DNA of 64,000 bases, from NCBI GenBank assembly GCA_010015585.1, contig ML975149.1, one strand, 5' to 3'. Origin of the DNA: Eremomyces bilateralis CBS 781.70. Its lineage: Eukaryota. Positions 11,078 through 24,640 of this stretch are shown in pieces. Every line of letters starts with the position of its first letter. Within the stretch, counting starts at the first letter, position 1. Position numbers and translations under genes: made by a program. The notes beneath the pieces are model-generated. The model ran no database searches. It saw only the letters and a list, made by a program, of their open reading frames with translations, and had not been told where the DNA came from.

Positions 11078-13483
11078 ATGCCGTCCACTGCCCCAACGAA
11101 CGGCGCCTCTCCTGCCCAACAGAACCTCTCCGCCAACGACAACATCCTCCGCTTCAGCGCTCCTAGCAGACCGCTGAGCCCGCCCGCCGAGCATACGCTG
11201 TTCCACCCCAAGACGCGATGCTTTGTCTAGTATGTTTAAGTCTCTATTCTCCCAACAATGCCGGTCGGCGCGGAACGTGGTCTTTGGGAACCCAAGCCCG
11301 CGCAAGGGAAGCCCAGAACTGGCAGAAAGCAAGCCTTGGAGTTGGACAAGGCCTGACGGATAGGAAGAACGCGAGAAATACTGCGAGAGTGAATTCGCTG
11401 ACCATGCTCCGAAATAGTGGTATGCAACCTCGAGCCGTGCAGGGCATGCTCGACTTCGATTTCATCTGCAAGCGAAAGACTCCTTCGGTCGCCGGCATCA
11501 TCTACACTTTCGGTGGCCAGTTCGTGAGCAAGATGTACGTCCGATGGTCCCGCCTTGCCAGGAGCCCGAAACTGATCCACGTAACAGGTACTGGGGAACC
11601 AGCGAGACCCTTCTGCCGGTCTATCAGTCGGTTGAAAAGGCCATGGCGAAGCACAGCGACGTTGACACCGTCGTGAACTTCGCTTCGTCGCGATCAGTCT
11701 ACAGCTCCACCATGGAGTTGATGGAATGCCCGCAAATCCGGTCCATTGCAATCATTGCCGAGGGTGTGCCAGAGCGAGTACGTTTTAACTCCCCTTTTGC
11801 ACCAATTTTCGATAGGCACGGTCGCTAATACAATTGACAGCGCGCCCGCGAAATCCTCCATGTCGCCAAGAAGAAGGGCATCACCATCATCGGACCTGCC
11901 ACCGTCGGGGGGATCAAGCCCGGCGCGTTCAAGATCGGTAACACTGGCGGCATGATGGACAACATCGTCGCAAGCAAGCTCTACCGCCCCGGCTCCGTCG
12001 CATACGTCTCCAAATCTGGCGGCATGTCCAACGAGCTGAACAACATCATTTCGCAAAACGCCGACGGTGTCTACGAGGGTGTCGCCATTGGTGGTGACCG
12101 CTACCCCGGGACCTCGTTCATCGAGCACATGCTCCGCTACCAAGCCGACCCGGCGTGCAAGATCCTTCTCCTGCTCGGTGAGGTCGGTGGTGTGGAAGAG
12201 TACCGCGTCATCGAGGCTGTCAAGGCCGGTCAGATCACCAAGCCCATTGTTGCATGGGCCATTGGAACCGTCGCCGGCATGCTTAAGACCGAAGTGCAGT
12301 TCGGCCACGCCGGCTCCTTCGCCAACAGCCAGCTTGAGACCGCCACGGTCAAGAACCAGAGCATGCGTGACGCCGGTTTCTTCGTCCCCGACACCTTCGA
12401 GGATCTGCCCAGCACTCTTGCCCAGGTGTACCAGAAGCTCGTCAAGGACGGCACCATCAAGCCGAAGCCGGAGGTCCAGGTACCCAAGATTCCCATGGAC
12501 TACAGCTGGGCCTCCGAGCTCGGCCTCATCCGTAAGCCGGCCGCCTTCATCAGCACCATCTCCGACGACCGTGGTCAGGAACTGCTGTACGCCGGCATGC
12601 CCATCAGCGACGTGTTCAAGGAGAACATCGGCATCGGTGGTGTCATGTCGTTGTTGTGGTTCCGTCGGCGGTTGCCCGATTACGCCAGCAAGTTCCTCGA
12701 GATGGTCCTCATGTTGACTGCCGATCACGGTCCGGCCGTCTCGGGTGCCATGAACACCATCATCACCACGAGAGCCGGAAAGGATCTGGTCTCCGCCTTG
12801 GTCAGCGGTCTGTTGACCATCGGAAGCCGATTCGGAGGTGCGCTCGATGGCGCCGCAGAGGAGTTCACCAAGGCGTACGACAAGGGATTGAGCCCTCGTG
12901 ACTTTGTTGATAGCATGCGGAAGGAGAACAAGCTGAGTATGTCCCCAACACATTCCTCTCCAACTCTCAAGCGCGCGTTGACTGACCCTCCTTAGTCCCC
13001 GGTATTGGCCACCGCATCAAATCACGCAACAACCCGGATCTCCGTGTCGAGCTTGTCAAGTCCTACGTGCTCAAGAACTTCCCGTCTTCTGGCCTCCTGC
13101 AATACGCCCTGGCCGTTGAGACAGTGACGACCTCAAAGAAGGACAACCTGATCCTGAACGTCGACGGCTGCATCGCCGTGTGCTTCGTCGACCTCCTGAG
13201 GTCCTGTGGTGCCTTCTCCGCCGAGGAGGCCGAGGACTACCTCAAGATGGGCGTCCTGAACGGATTGTTCGTGCTGGGTCGCAGCATCGGTTTGATCGCC
13301 CATTACCTAGATCAGAAGCGGTTGAAGACCGGATTGTATAGGCATCCTTGGGATGATGTCATGGTATGCTACACCCCCCTTGGTTTCTTATGAGCCGTTA
13401 CTAACGGAATACCCTAGTACATGATGCCCGACATCAAGCAGCCAGGTGGCGTCGGCGGAGGACGTGTCGAGGTTTCTGTTTAA
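11078..13483 (+). CDS. ACL1: ATP-citrate lyase, larger (alpha-like, catalytic His) subunit, 6 coding exons
   Basis: [56 protein letters not shown] (phospho-His), [35 protein letters not shown]. Introns 11230-11417, 11535-11587, 11778-11840, 12937-12995, 13364-13417. Confidence 0.97.
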
Positions 13484-14353
13484 GGTCGAAGTTACCATGC
13501 ACTTCGGGGGAGTATGATGTCTACAAGGCGATAAACATAGGAATGGTTGCCTTCGGGAATAGTACCTGATTGCCCGTGGCGGGTGTGGAAAAGGAAGGGT
13601 GGCGCACGATTTCAACTTGAAAGGACAGCATTGGGAGACCCCTAACTTGTTCAGGCGTGGAAAAGGACATCCTAAGGGAATACATGGCTGTCCACACTGC
13701 GGATATTACGTTTACGAGGAAGATGCTTCTTTTGCGTTCAGTTTAGGTTTGCTAATAATTTGATCCTTCGGTTCCTATCCGCTGCACTCCGCTACCCGTG
13801 TCCTTGAGTGAGTCAAACAAACCCAGCCCTTCATTAATACTTCGCTCTGGTTCGTGGTGAATATTTTGTACATCTACAACGCGGACAAATGGATACCTCC
13901 CCCTCGCAGGCAGCCCATCTAAACCGAGTGAACTCCATATAATTTCCCGTGGCGTCTGGCGTCTTGCATGGTCCTCAACGACTTTAGTTCTGGTGGCAAG
14001 GTCCCCTTTAAATGGGGATCGCCTGTCCTTGAGGAAACAGAGTTCCCTCAATGAGGCAGATAGCAGAGTGGAAGGCATACTGTCGTAAAGGCTGGTTATC
14101 AATGGCAAACGAGTCATACCATGCCATTACTGTTGTGGACTGACCATGAAAACTTTGGGATGGGAGCCGGCAGTTTTCTATAATTCATCCATTTTCAGCG
14201 ACTATCACGGCTAAAGGGTCGTACCACAAGTCTCAACATATCAGGAGGCTGTTTCCTATATACCCGTACCCCAAGATACCAATAGGTAAATCCGAGTTGC
14301 CTTCAGCATCTCAGAATCCACATCATGAACGCCTTGAATCCACAGCCCCAATC

Positions 14354-15563
14354 TCAACCATCGATATCCGGTCGAGGTGTGCTAGGCATGCTATGCTCTA
14401 GGACACTCCTCCACTCATTCTTCAGTTCTATCATCCGATTCCTGACATGAATGAGGGTGATGGCTATGGCGAGACCGTTGTATACATCCAGTGCATAGTC
14501 GTCGTAGCTGAACATGCCCACACAGCGCATATGCTGAATGTGTTCAATATGCGACATGGAATCTTCATTAGGAATATCGTACGTCAGGATACCAAATACC
14601 TTCTCCGACACGATTACACCGTATAGCGTGGGGAGTTGTGCCGGTTCCGCTGATTGATCCATGTTCGCCCGAAAGTATTGGGCATCTCTCCAGCTGGAAG
14701 CGATGAAACGGAATTTGCGCGCAAGTTCCGACTGCAGCTTCACTGGAGCTTCCGTGCCAGGACCGGCCCAGGTGGTGAAGATCGGAATCATAGAACCTGT
14801 CTTGGGGTTCACATTTCCATCCTTAAATGCCCAGAGAGCATAGCGATTGATAGCGTCGGTGAGAACCCGTTCGGCTGTCCGCTGTTGCACCGACAACTCA
14901 AAGGCATCCCGGACACGAGGCCCGATGTTGATTATATCCTCCAAGGCTTTGAGAGCTAAGGAAACGGTTAGCGGAAGATTAGTCAAACTCATGCATCAAC
15001 TGACCTCTGAATTCGGATCCTGTAGCATTGCGAATATAGGCTGGTTCCGACAGTGGCTCGAAGAGAACAGAGGGAAAGCCATCGAAGTCCAACTGCCAGT
15101 CATGGGGCAAAAGCGGCTCATAGCCTCGCATACTCAGCTTCAAAAAGAGCTCCATTGCTTCATATTTCCATCCGGCCTTCAGCAACCCCTCAACCTTTTC
15201 CTCTAGCGTCCTCTTTAGATTTTTGATTGAAGGAAACCTACGGACCTCATATTTGGTAGGCTCGCTCTCATTTACCTCGTTGCTCTTGTTGAACCGGGCG
15301 TTGCGGTCCCTGTCGCGATCCACCACGCTCTCTCGATCCACCACCTCGGGGCTGCCTCTAGTGGTTGGGGACCGTGACCTCGTTCTCCAATATCGCGCAT
15401 GGTCCATTGATGTGGGTGGCCGCTCAAGTCTTCTGTTTACTTGTCTCCCTTGCCGGGTTCGTGGCGATCTGGGCAGGCGTGGATGAGGAAGCGGTCTGGT
15501 GGGTTCCTCGTTGGGAGTAAAGGCGTTCCACAGCCCAATACTAAGTCTTTTTAATAGCGCCAT
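14354..15563 (-). CDS. Uncharacterised fungal protein, 2 exons (Arg-rich low-complexity N-terminus, globular C-terminus)
   Basis: Two long ORFs joined by intron 14956-15004 (GTCAGT..CTAAC..TAG); natural-looking sequence (RGYEPLLPHDWQLDF, LPTLYGVIV, NGLAIAITLIHVRN). No family recognised. Confidence 0.75.
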
Positions 15564-16244
15564 ACGTATACCGAAGAGAGATGCGTCTTCTAGTTATATA
15601 TTTAAATAATAAAAAAGAACTCTTCAGCATCCAAGTATTCAAGTACCAACAGGAGGCCGCGGTCTTGTTCCGCTCAAAAAACTTGGAGTGATAGTAGAAT
15701 ACCTGTACAAGTACAGGGAGGGTCCAACATGCAGACAATAAGAGAATGAAGAGGACATATTGAGACAAAGGACCAAGGACAATCGTCTTCAAACTGAATG
15801 ATTGTCGAACCTTGCTCAAAGAAAGATGGCATGAAGCAGTTGAGACATTGTTGAAGGCAGGAAGACAAAGCGCGACGCGTCCGATGCTTCGGTTCCTTCC
15901 GCATTTGTCATTGGATAAAAGCCCTCCACGTGATTTGTCTTAGAGTTGTGCACGTGACTAAATGCTACCGCAATTTAACCGACCCATATTAGCCGGAGTT
16001 TAGACGAAGGCCCCTACCGACTGGAGATGATTGGGTCATTGGGCGAACCACAGAAGCGGACTGCGGATCTTCATTCGTAACCACCCTGAATGATGTGTAG
16101 CTATTACTCAACATGGAGGTTGATGATCGTTTAGTGCTGTAGTCACACCAAGGTTCACCACTCAAGCTCACTCCAAGAACCCTCTACTTGCATGCTCAAA
16201 CATGACATAAAAGGTAGTGGTGATTGCTGTTGGAGGAACTTGCC

Positions 16245-18104
16245 ATGACTGAGACTATCCCACCTCCGCTGCAACCTCCAACCTCGAAGGAGAGGAAGTA
16301 TGACCGTCAACTCCGGTTATGGGCAGCCACAGGCCAGCGAGCCCTCGAAGAGTCTCACATCCTACTTGTGAACTCCGGACCTGGGGTCGTGGGAGTGGAG
16401 ACTTTAAAGAACCTGGTGCTTCCCGGTACACTCACTTCGAGGTCGGTTCCTAGTGCTTAACTCATGGTTAACTTGCCGGCTAGGAATCGGGAACTTCACG
16501 ATACTGGACGATGCCCTCGTATGCGAAGCCGACCTTGGTGTCAACTTCTTCCTTGACGAAGATAGCCTTGGGAGTTCTCGAGCCGAGCAATGCTGTAGGC
16601 TGCTGCAAGAGCTCAATCCAGATGTCTCCGGTAACTTCATCGCCGAGGTCTGTCCATGCGTTCGGAATTTTATGAGCAAATGCTAAACCAGATTCAGCCG
16701 ACGACGAGGTTCCTCGATCGCCCTGACAGCCTTCAGCCTTTTACTCTCATCCTTCTAACCTCTCCCGTCGATCCTACCGTCTTCTCCCGCATTGCTGAGC
16801 ATGGCTGCTCTACCCAGACCCCCGTGTTCTTCATCCATAGCTTGGGCTTTTATTCGGAGTTCTCAGTGCAGCTCCCTGCCGCGTTCCCGATAATAGACAC
16901 TCATCCCGACCCGACCGCTTTAAACGACCTTCGAATCCTCAAGCCGTGGCCCGCACTGGAACAGCTGGCGCATGAATTTTGCGGTGATCTCGATCAGTTG
17001 GACGACCACGACCACGGACACATCCCATATGTCGCTCTACTCCTCCATTTTGTCGAAAAATGGAAGGCTGCGCATGGTGGAAATCCGCCGGAGAACTATG
17101 CGGAGAAGTCGGAATATCGCAAGCTGATCTATGCAGCGCAAAGACGTGACAACCCTGAACGAGGCGAAGAGAACTATATGGAGGCATATGAAACGGCTTT
17201 GAAGTCGTTGAATGCAGCCACCATTAGGTCTAGCGTGAGAGATGTCTTCGAAGCTCCCGAGTGCAAAAGTCTCGCTACCGATTCCGCACCATTCTGGGTC
17301 ATTGCCAATGCAGTTTCACAATTCCATTCGAAACATGGCGTATTGCCATTATCAGGATCTTTACCGGACATGAAGGCACAATCTGCGGACTATGTCAAGC
17401 TGCAGACCGTTTACAGAGCCAAATTCCGAGAAGATGCGGCGGAGATTCTAGGCACTGTTCGTGCACTGGAGCGTTCACTACGGAAACCGAATGCCATCCC
17501 TGGGTCCAGCATTGATATTTTCTGTAAGAACGCCGCACATATCAAATTGGTACGAGGCTCAACCATTCGACCGATGAATCCCGACGGTCCATTCAAGTGG
17601 ACAGACAGAGCAAAGGCTGCAGCGACATCCTTGCTTGATGAGACATCGTTGTTTCCCATTCATGTCGCTTTCGTTGCGTATGATCAGTTTGTGTCCCTGT
17701 CCGCAGCCGACGCTGGCAAGAAACGGTTCCGTGCGCCCGGGGCGGGCGATGAAACCGCGCACGACGAGACCGATATGATTGCTCTAGCAGACCAAATCCT
17801 CAGCCACGTGTTCAAGCAGGCAGGACAACTGTCATACAGCAAGGAGGATCTTGCAGCTGCCAAGGGTCGGGTATACGACACTGTGCGAGAAGTGTAAGCC
17901 ACGCGAACCGTGATGCTGCTATTATGTTACTAACAAGCTGTTAGTGTTCGTGCTGGCGGTGCAGAGTTGCACAATATCGCAGCCTTGACTGGCGGTCTTA
18001 TTGCGCAAGAGGTTATTAAAGTCGTCACGGAACAATACATACCTATTGACAATACATGTATATTCGATGGCATCAGGAGCAAGACCGAGGTACATAGACT
18101 ATAG
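16245..18104 (+). CDS. ULA1: NEDD8-activating enzyme E1 regulatory subunit (APP-BP1/NAE1)
   Basis: [81 protein letters not shown]; three canonical introns. Confidence 0.95.
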
Positions 18105-18210
18105 ACCTGCACAGTCACCGGCTACAATGGTTCCGTTAAACACGCGAATCTGGAATCACAAAAGACAGGCCCTACGAATTATAGAGATTTTCGGCTGATC
18201 GGCTAGTCCA

Positions 18211-19664
18211 CTACCTCTCCTTCTTGTCAGGGCTACTTTGCGCATTCGATTGCGTGCCGATGTCTCGGATCATGATGCCCAAAATCCAGATGTTGATGAA
18301 GAAAAACACCAGCGTAGCCATCCAGAGGCCAGGGACAAACGTCGACTGTCCCATAAATTCCAATTGAAACCCCTGCTGGAGCCAGATAGCCTGATATTCG
18401 TCAGTTTGCAAAGCCTCGCAAAGCACTTCAAGGTAGTTCTCGTACCTGACCTAGGATCCATAGAATTCCAGCTACGACACCCAGTCGTGTCTGCTTTAGC
18501 AGAGAAGAGCTCGGCAGGTAGAAGGGAAGGAAGTTGATATACCAGAGGAAATACTAGCTAGTCTCAGTCTGAGAGCGGACTAGAGTGGTACGAATCACAT
18601 ACCTGGCTTGTGCAGACCTTGTTGAAGGTCACAAATGCAAATGTTTGAGCCAACATCGTCGATGCCAGGTCGTTTGCAGTCAAGGCAAAAGGTATGGCAA
18701 CTGCTGACAGCAGTATCTGGGGAACAAATGCAAGAGACTCTAGATGAAACGAGGTCGATTTTGCTGGGGAAGCATTGAGATGCAATAATGTGTTATAAGG
18801 GGAGAAGTTATGCCTGTGGTCGATTCGGGTTAAGTGGTGTAGAAAGCTATGCTTGAGAAAAGGGAATCCATATCTGCGAAATCGGTTAGCCACTTGTAGG
18901 TCGGTGCCTCGAAGAGTAATTGGTAAAGTGCCGTACATATAAAACATGAGAACATTGCAAGACATGAATGAGACGAAACTGAAAATGGCCAGCGTTGTGC
19001 AGTCTCGATTCAGGAATCGCAATAACTGATCTTTCAGAGAGGCTTTCGAACCTCCTTTTGCCTTCCTACGAGTCCCATCCGGAGATCGAAGCCAGAGTAG
19101 AAAGGGCAGCGTGTATATAAACGGGTAAATCTTGAAATGCACCCCAAAGCCAAGCAGCAGGCCGGCTAACACGACATTTCTTTGCAAAATTGCGTACAAT
19201 AGTGCAGTAACGACGACACCCAAAAGCCCTTCTGAGCTACCTCTGGTACTGATCGTGGCAACCATGGGGTTTAGTAGCCATATGCTTGCGAATTTTAACG
19301 CTCTTGCCTGGGGCATGCGATACGTCGTTGACAAGATGACAACCATCAAATATCCCGCAAGAAGATCAGCGAGGGCGAACAAGACCTTCCCAAATGAGAA
19401 CCACCCGTCCCAAGCAGTGGGTATTAATATCCATGCTAGCAACGGCGTGTATCGATACGTATCCCTAAGGTATGGGGACCGGCCCTGGTAGACGAATCGT
19501 GCAGCATCGGTGAAGACAAAGTAGTCGATATCGGTGTATTTGACGGGGGAATATGCGTCTTGCAAAAGACCATAAACAAGTAAGACTGCTCGAAGGGCTA
19601 TTGCTGAACCGAAAACGGCTTTGGGAGATGCGAAGATCGCGTCAATGATAGTTGTGAATGACAT
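18211..19664 (-). CDS. GPI14: GPI mannosyltransferase I (PIG-M)
   Basis: VKYTDIDY, RDTYRYTPLLAW, NPMVATISTRGSSE, VHFKIYP, RIDHRHNFSPY, FVTFNKVCTSQYFLWY; introns 18874-18936 and about 18555-18602. Confidence 0.95.
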
Positions 19665-20274
19665 GGTGGATATGGAGATCGAAAGGGTTGTTCCATGCTC
19701 TTATCGTGCGAAAATTTCGATACCCATCTTTCGCTTCGTCGCATTGAGGGGATCCCAAAATTTAATGTAGCATGAGCATACAATACAATGAAAGTCGTTG
19801 TATGCTTGTAAAGTTTGGATTTGATGGTGGAGGCGTGTAGAAGTTCATGAGGATACAGGGAATTGGCGCAAGCGTGGACAAATGTGGGCGCTACGACATC
19901 AGGATACATGGTGCAGCGGCCCTTAAAACGGAGGCTTCATTCGCACATGAATTGAAAATTAATTACACATTCACACTGTGCTTACGGAGACCGACCCCTT
20001 GACTTCTCAATTTGGGGAAAACGGCGGGTTCATTAAGCTCATGCTGCATTCAACTGTTTTAGGCCTGCCGGTTCTTGGTTTTCGGTCACTAGAAAGAATG
20101 GAAAGGCTATTACATGTAATTCTGCAACGGCATGCGTTTAGATCAAATCGCTTAGACTACACAGTCGATCGGGAACATGATATCGTCCAGTGTAAAACCC
20201 ATCTTCAATAAGACAACGCCTTAACACCGTGGGTATATCAATAGGAAGACAATTTGCCGCTCTCCATGATCCTA

Positions 20275-20906
20275 TCACACCTCATCAAACCTAGACATCA
20301 TGAGCTCATCAACATACGATCTCTGTGCTTTGACATTCTCTGCCTCCTCCTCCTTCAGAACCACCGCGAGAATCTCTAACGATGGATTCAGGCCAAGGCG
20401 ATGCGCCCTTTTCCAGCGCTTCTCTCGAGTAATCCCAATGCAGGGCTATCTATGTGGTTAGTATATGTGGGATGAGATATGAATTGAGCAATAGAGGTCT
20501 CTGGACGTACCCCGAAGTGGCTTGTTGTATCAAACTCCCGTAATATTTTCTCATTCAAGCTGAGTTCCTGCTGATGCACTCTTGGGGTCTTCCGGGCCTG
20601 TTCCTTCTCCCTCCAGTACTTCTTAATCTGCGCTTCTGATATCTTGTTTGCCTCCTCCTCTTCCGGTGTAAGCTCCTTCTTGGCTTCCGCTACAACTTGT
20701 TCGATGAGGGCATTCTCCCGAGTTGTGGGTTCCTCATTGACTGGCTCAATTCGGATCGGCGTTTCGATGCTTTTGGGCTTGACAATTGCATCCTTCCCGG
20801 GTACCGACTTTCCCGGCTTTGAGACTTTGCTTGAGCGACCATTGAATGTGAGAGTCGATTGATTGGAGGCGGTTCGGCCTGATGCTGCCCGACGCTTCGG
20901 AGGCAT
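20275..20906 (-). CDS. POLD4: DNA polymerase delta subunit 4 (p12/Cdm1)
   Basis: After one intron reads LREFDTTSHFGPCIGITREKRWKRAHRLGLNP, the family signature; N-terminal PIP-like QSTLTF; TGA at 20275-20277. Confidence 0.9.
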
Positions 20907-21214
20907 TGCGGTGATAGAGTTGTCGGATGTGGAAATGGACTGTGTATTTCCAAGCTCCGAGGCACCGTATTCTGGGATCGTGGATCGTTCCGAGGAGAGA
21001 GACGTCGGATTTGGAAAACGATAAGGAATGCCGCAGTAACGGATGATTGTATGATTGCCCGTGAAGTCGTAAAGTTGAGTATAAGTGTAGTGACTGCTGT
21101 AAGCTTGTGAGGTGAGTTTTGGATCGTAGAGTTGAATGACGTTCTGGACTCTGTGCTCCTCTGGAAGGGAAGGTACGGCCCCGGCGGTGGTTGCCTTAGC
21201 AATGACGAAGAAGC

Positions 21215-21282
21215 CACGTGATTTCGTGATTTCGTGATTTCGACGCGAAACTCGCGGACGCGTTTTCTTGGCTTCACGTGAC
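21215..21282. promoter_or_regulatory. Bidirectional promoter cluster: two CACGTGA E-boxes flanking MCB/SCB-like sites
   Basis: CACGTG 21215-21220, 3x CGTGATTT, CGCGAAA 21244-21250, ACGCGT 21258-21263, TCACGTGAC 21274-21282, between divergent POLD4 and DCS1. Confidence 0.55.
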
Positions 21283-21405
21283 CTGCCAAATGAATTATCT
21301 GGGTCAGCTCGGATTCCACCGTTGCTTCTGTCCTCAGTATAACTTCATCTGGTTCGCCTTGACCATCACCCATTCGCGCTTTGGAATTGGTTTGTTCTGA
21401 TCACA

Positions 21406-22587
21406 ATGTCCCACACACGGTCTACACAAGAAGTGGAGGCAATGGTCCCGCGGTTCCAGCTGGAACGACTTCTCAATCAAGGTATGACGGCTCCTACAAA
21501 GCCTGACCGGATGCAAACTCATTGTCCTAACACGCAGATCAGGCCGGGCGTCGGATATCGCTCCTAGGCAGCATTGATGGGACACCGGCACTGTTGATCG
21601 CCGAACGAGCAGCCTTCTCTACCGACCCAGTGCATTTGAAGTCTTTCTCCGAATCACTTGACCGCATCAAGAACTTGGGCGCGAATGACATTTACAGCTG
21701 GTTTCTAGCTTCCACGACCCATAAACCTGCCAACCAAGAGGTGGAGAGCACCCAGCCTCCGGACCTGAAGCTGAATTTGATTTCCCCTTGCACCGAACAA
21801 CACATCAAGAAGTACTCACAACAAGGTGTTCGCCTGGTCGCGGAAACACCGGAAATCTACCGGCGACATGTGCGGCCATACATGCAGGCGAAGCGAGAAC
21901 AAGGTCGCTTGAACTGGGTGTTCAACATCATTGAAGGCCGGACCGAGCAAGAAGATGTATTCTATCGAGAGCAGGGTCTCGAAGGGTTTCTCATGCTCCC
22001 TGACCTGTAAGCACAACCATAATGATGCCTTCATGGATTGACAAATTCTCGATCATTGGGAGAGACTAACCGCCCGATGACAAGGAATTGGGATCGAAAG
22101 ACGATGAGCGGCTTGCATTTGCTGGGTCTCGTGGAGCGTCGGGATATCTGGTCGGTACGCGATCTCACCAAAGAGCACATTGAATGGCTCAAGCACATGC
22201 GACAAAAGCTGCTAGATGCAACGGTTAAGTTGTACCCGGACATTGATCAGGACCAGTTGAAATTGTACATCCACTGTATGAAGGATCCCCTGCCAAGACT
22301 TGATGCGTTGTCCATGCATTAAGGCGGTGCTAATCGCGATGACAGACCAGCCAACTTACTATCATTTTCACATACATGTTGTACACGTGGCGCTTGAGGC
22401 CGGAGCAACTCAGGCAGCCGGTAAAGCTATTGGCCTTGAGAGCATCATTTCGCAGCTCGAGTCCATGGCGACCGGTCAGGGCATCGCAGATATAAGTCTG
22501 TCCTACACCCTCGGTGAAGCGAGCGAGCTCTGGATGGACATCTTTGAACCTTTGAAATCCGGCAATGAGCCAAAGATTTCCCAATAG
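21406..22587 (+). CDS. DCS1: Scavenger mRNA decapping enzyme (DcpS, HIT family)
   Basis: LERLLNQDQAGR, NDIYSWF, KLNLI.PCTEQHIKKY, LNWVFNII, LPDLNWD, LYIHYQPTYYHFHIH (HIT motif); three introns. Confidence 0.95.
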
Positions 22588-23479
22588 AGTAATGAATAGG
22601 TATTTCTCAACTCTCAAGACTTGTGCCGATAGCTATTCCGTAACCTGCTGACATTTGACAAAGTTGCCCAGCCACAGACCTGACTGTGACATTTTGGAAC
22701 AATTGAGCTTATGGCTAGCTGTCGACCATCAAATATCCTTCCTATGTCTCGTAACATGTTTGGTTTGAATCTAGTTTTCCCATCCTTCCCTGAGCTTCTT
22801 TTCGACTCCTCCCTTTGAAAGTCTGAAAATTCGGGCATGGTCGAACGCTTCACTAATGTATGCTCTCTCAAGATCTTCTTGAAAATGCGGAGGTATACCG
22901 TATTTTTTCAGTCTATTGCATTTGAAGTTATGTCTTTGGCCTTTTGGTTTCGATTCTCAAGTCTCGGTTTTGCATTTCTGGATTTTCAATGTGCCCATAC
23001 CTCATGAACCGTGCATCTCGACCCTCTCGACCCTCGCATGGATTGCCGCAGCAGAAATCCTGGAGGGTGGGAACTGGGAGATCTCCTGTCTCGATCGCTG
23101 CTCTCTTCCCGGTTTCGGTACGTCTTGTGCACGAGCCAAGTGACAGAGGCTACTCTTCCAACGAGAACTATCGATTATTGCAGATGCGGCGAAGCTCATC
23201 GGTCAAAGTCAAGGTCTGACTGGGATGGAGGGTTGGGAAATGCAGGATTGGCGGGTTCAAGTCATAATACTGCGCCAAGCCGGACGTGGCGTCCACCCTC
23301 GCACACTTCACACCAACCACGAGCCAATGTATCCAAGGTGTAACAACCCCAACTGCAGTGCGGGGACTGTTCCTCCACACCCTCAACCCCTCCTCTCAAC
23401 CTTTTTGACACCCTCAGAAACACCCCCAATCCTAGTCGTCGACCAACCATGATCGTCATCAATTTCACGAAATTGTCTA

Positions 23480-24640
23480 ATGTTCAGCCGTCTTTCCCAG
23501 GACGCGCACGAAGAGCTGAAGCACAATTATCCCGGAATGGGACAGAACTTTGAGAGACAGACCCGGCGAGTCATCCTGTTCTTTCAGGAGTCAACTAGCA
23601 GCACCGCGAGCTCCCAGGCTTTCCGCTTATCTTGCTGTGTGCTGACTGTAGCATCCCGTACCCTCCAGCTTCGTAATGGTGGTCTCGTGGCACCCCCCTT
23701 CACCCAACATCAGCGTGACCTGCCTGCTCTTGACCAGGCACGAGAAGGAATCGTTCAATCGCTACCATGTCTCTTATAACTGGACGCCCTCTTCAGTTGT
23801 CCGCGAATTGCGCTTCTCCATGATTTCCCGCCGATTTCTATTATTCTTGCTGCCTTCTCGTCCAGACGTACCGTTGAGACTATTCTGTTCACATACAGAT
23901 CAATTCTCACCTTTTTTTTATGCAAATTCCGATCTGAAATGTGCCTCATGTCGAAAGAAAAGCCCTCCCGATCTCGGAAGCGACCCCTCTCCCAAGAAGA
24001 GTACCTCCTCCCCAATCGCGTTGTGACCACCAAAAGGCGGGCAACCGACCACAACGTGTATGCGCGTCGCAGCACTCGACGGACCGCACAGAACCACACA
24101 TCGACTATCCCTCGGAAATATGCCGAAGCTTCGGCTTATGCGCCTCCTCCAGTCCTTCATGGCCACGGTGTGAGAAGGGCGCCGCCTCAGCCACTGGAAC
24201 ATCGCACGACTCGCACCCACCGAAGTCAATCCCATCAACCCGAGCCGGCTCCTAAAGTTCAAAATCCAACCCGGGAACGCGCCAACACGCGCAAGAAGCG
24301 TACGCCATTACCAAATGGGCCCTCTACACAGAATGCGACGGACTCTTCGCACTACGCTCAAACGTACTACGCCCAACCTCGAGTACACCATCATCAACAT
24401 TACCATAGTGCAAACCACACCGGCCATGTACTGGACAACAACTTCGCTGGACGAGCCGCGGCAAATACCGTACTTGAATCCGTTCGCCGAGACGCCTTCC
24501 GCTCTTCTCATGGACGTCTGCGCCGCGTCCCTGCAGTCGATCTTGCGAACGTGCGCACACCGTTCACGTGGGACTACGCGCATTCTCAGCATCAAGCGCA
24601 TTACGCTCCTTCCTATGCTCCAGTTGCTACTTGGGCTTAG
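23480..24640 (+). CDS. Possible orphan protein; exon structure unresolved
   Basis: Overlapping ORFs 23480-23779, 23676-24026 and a 233-codon basic His/Pro/Arg-rich ORF 23939-24640; a branch/acceptor GCTGACTGTAG at about 23641-23651. No recognised domain. Confidence 0.3.

Noticed and set aside
11694..12953. 419-aa antisense ORF over ACL1
   Set aside because: Shadow frame caused by strong C-ending codon bias in a highly expressed gene; same for antisense ORFs over ACL2, ROT2 and TLG1.
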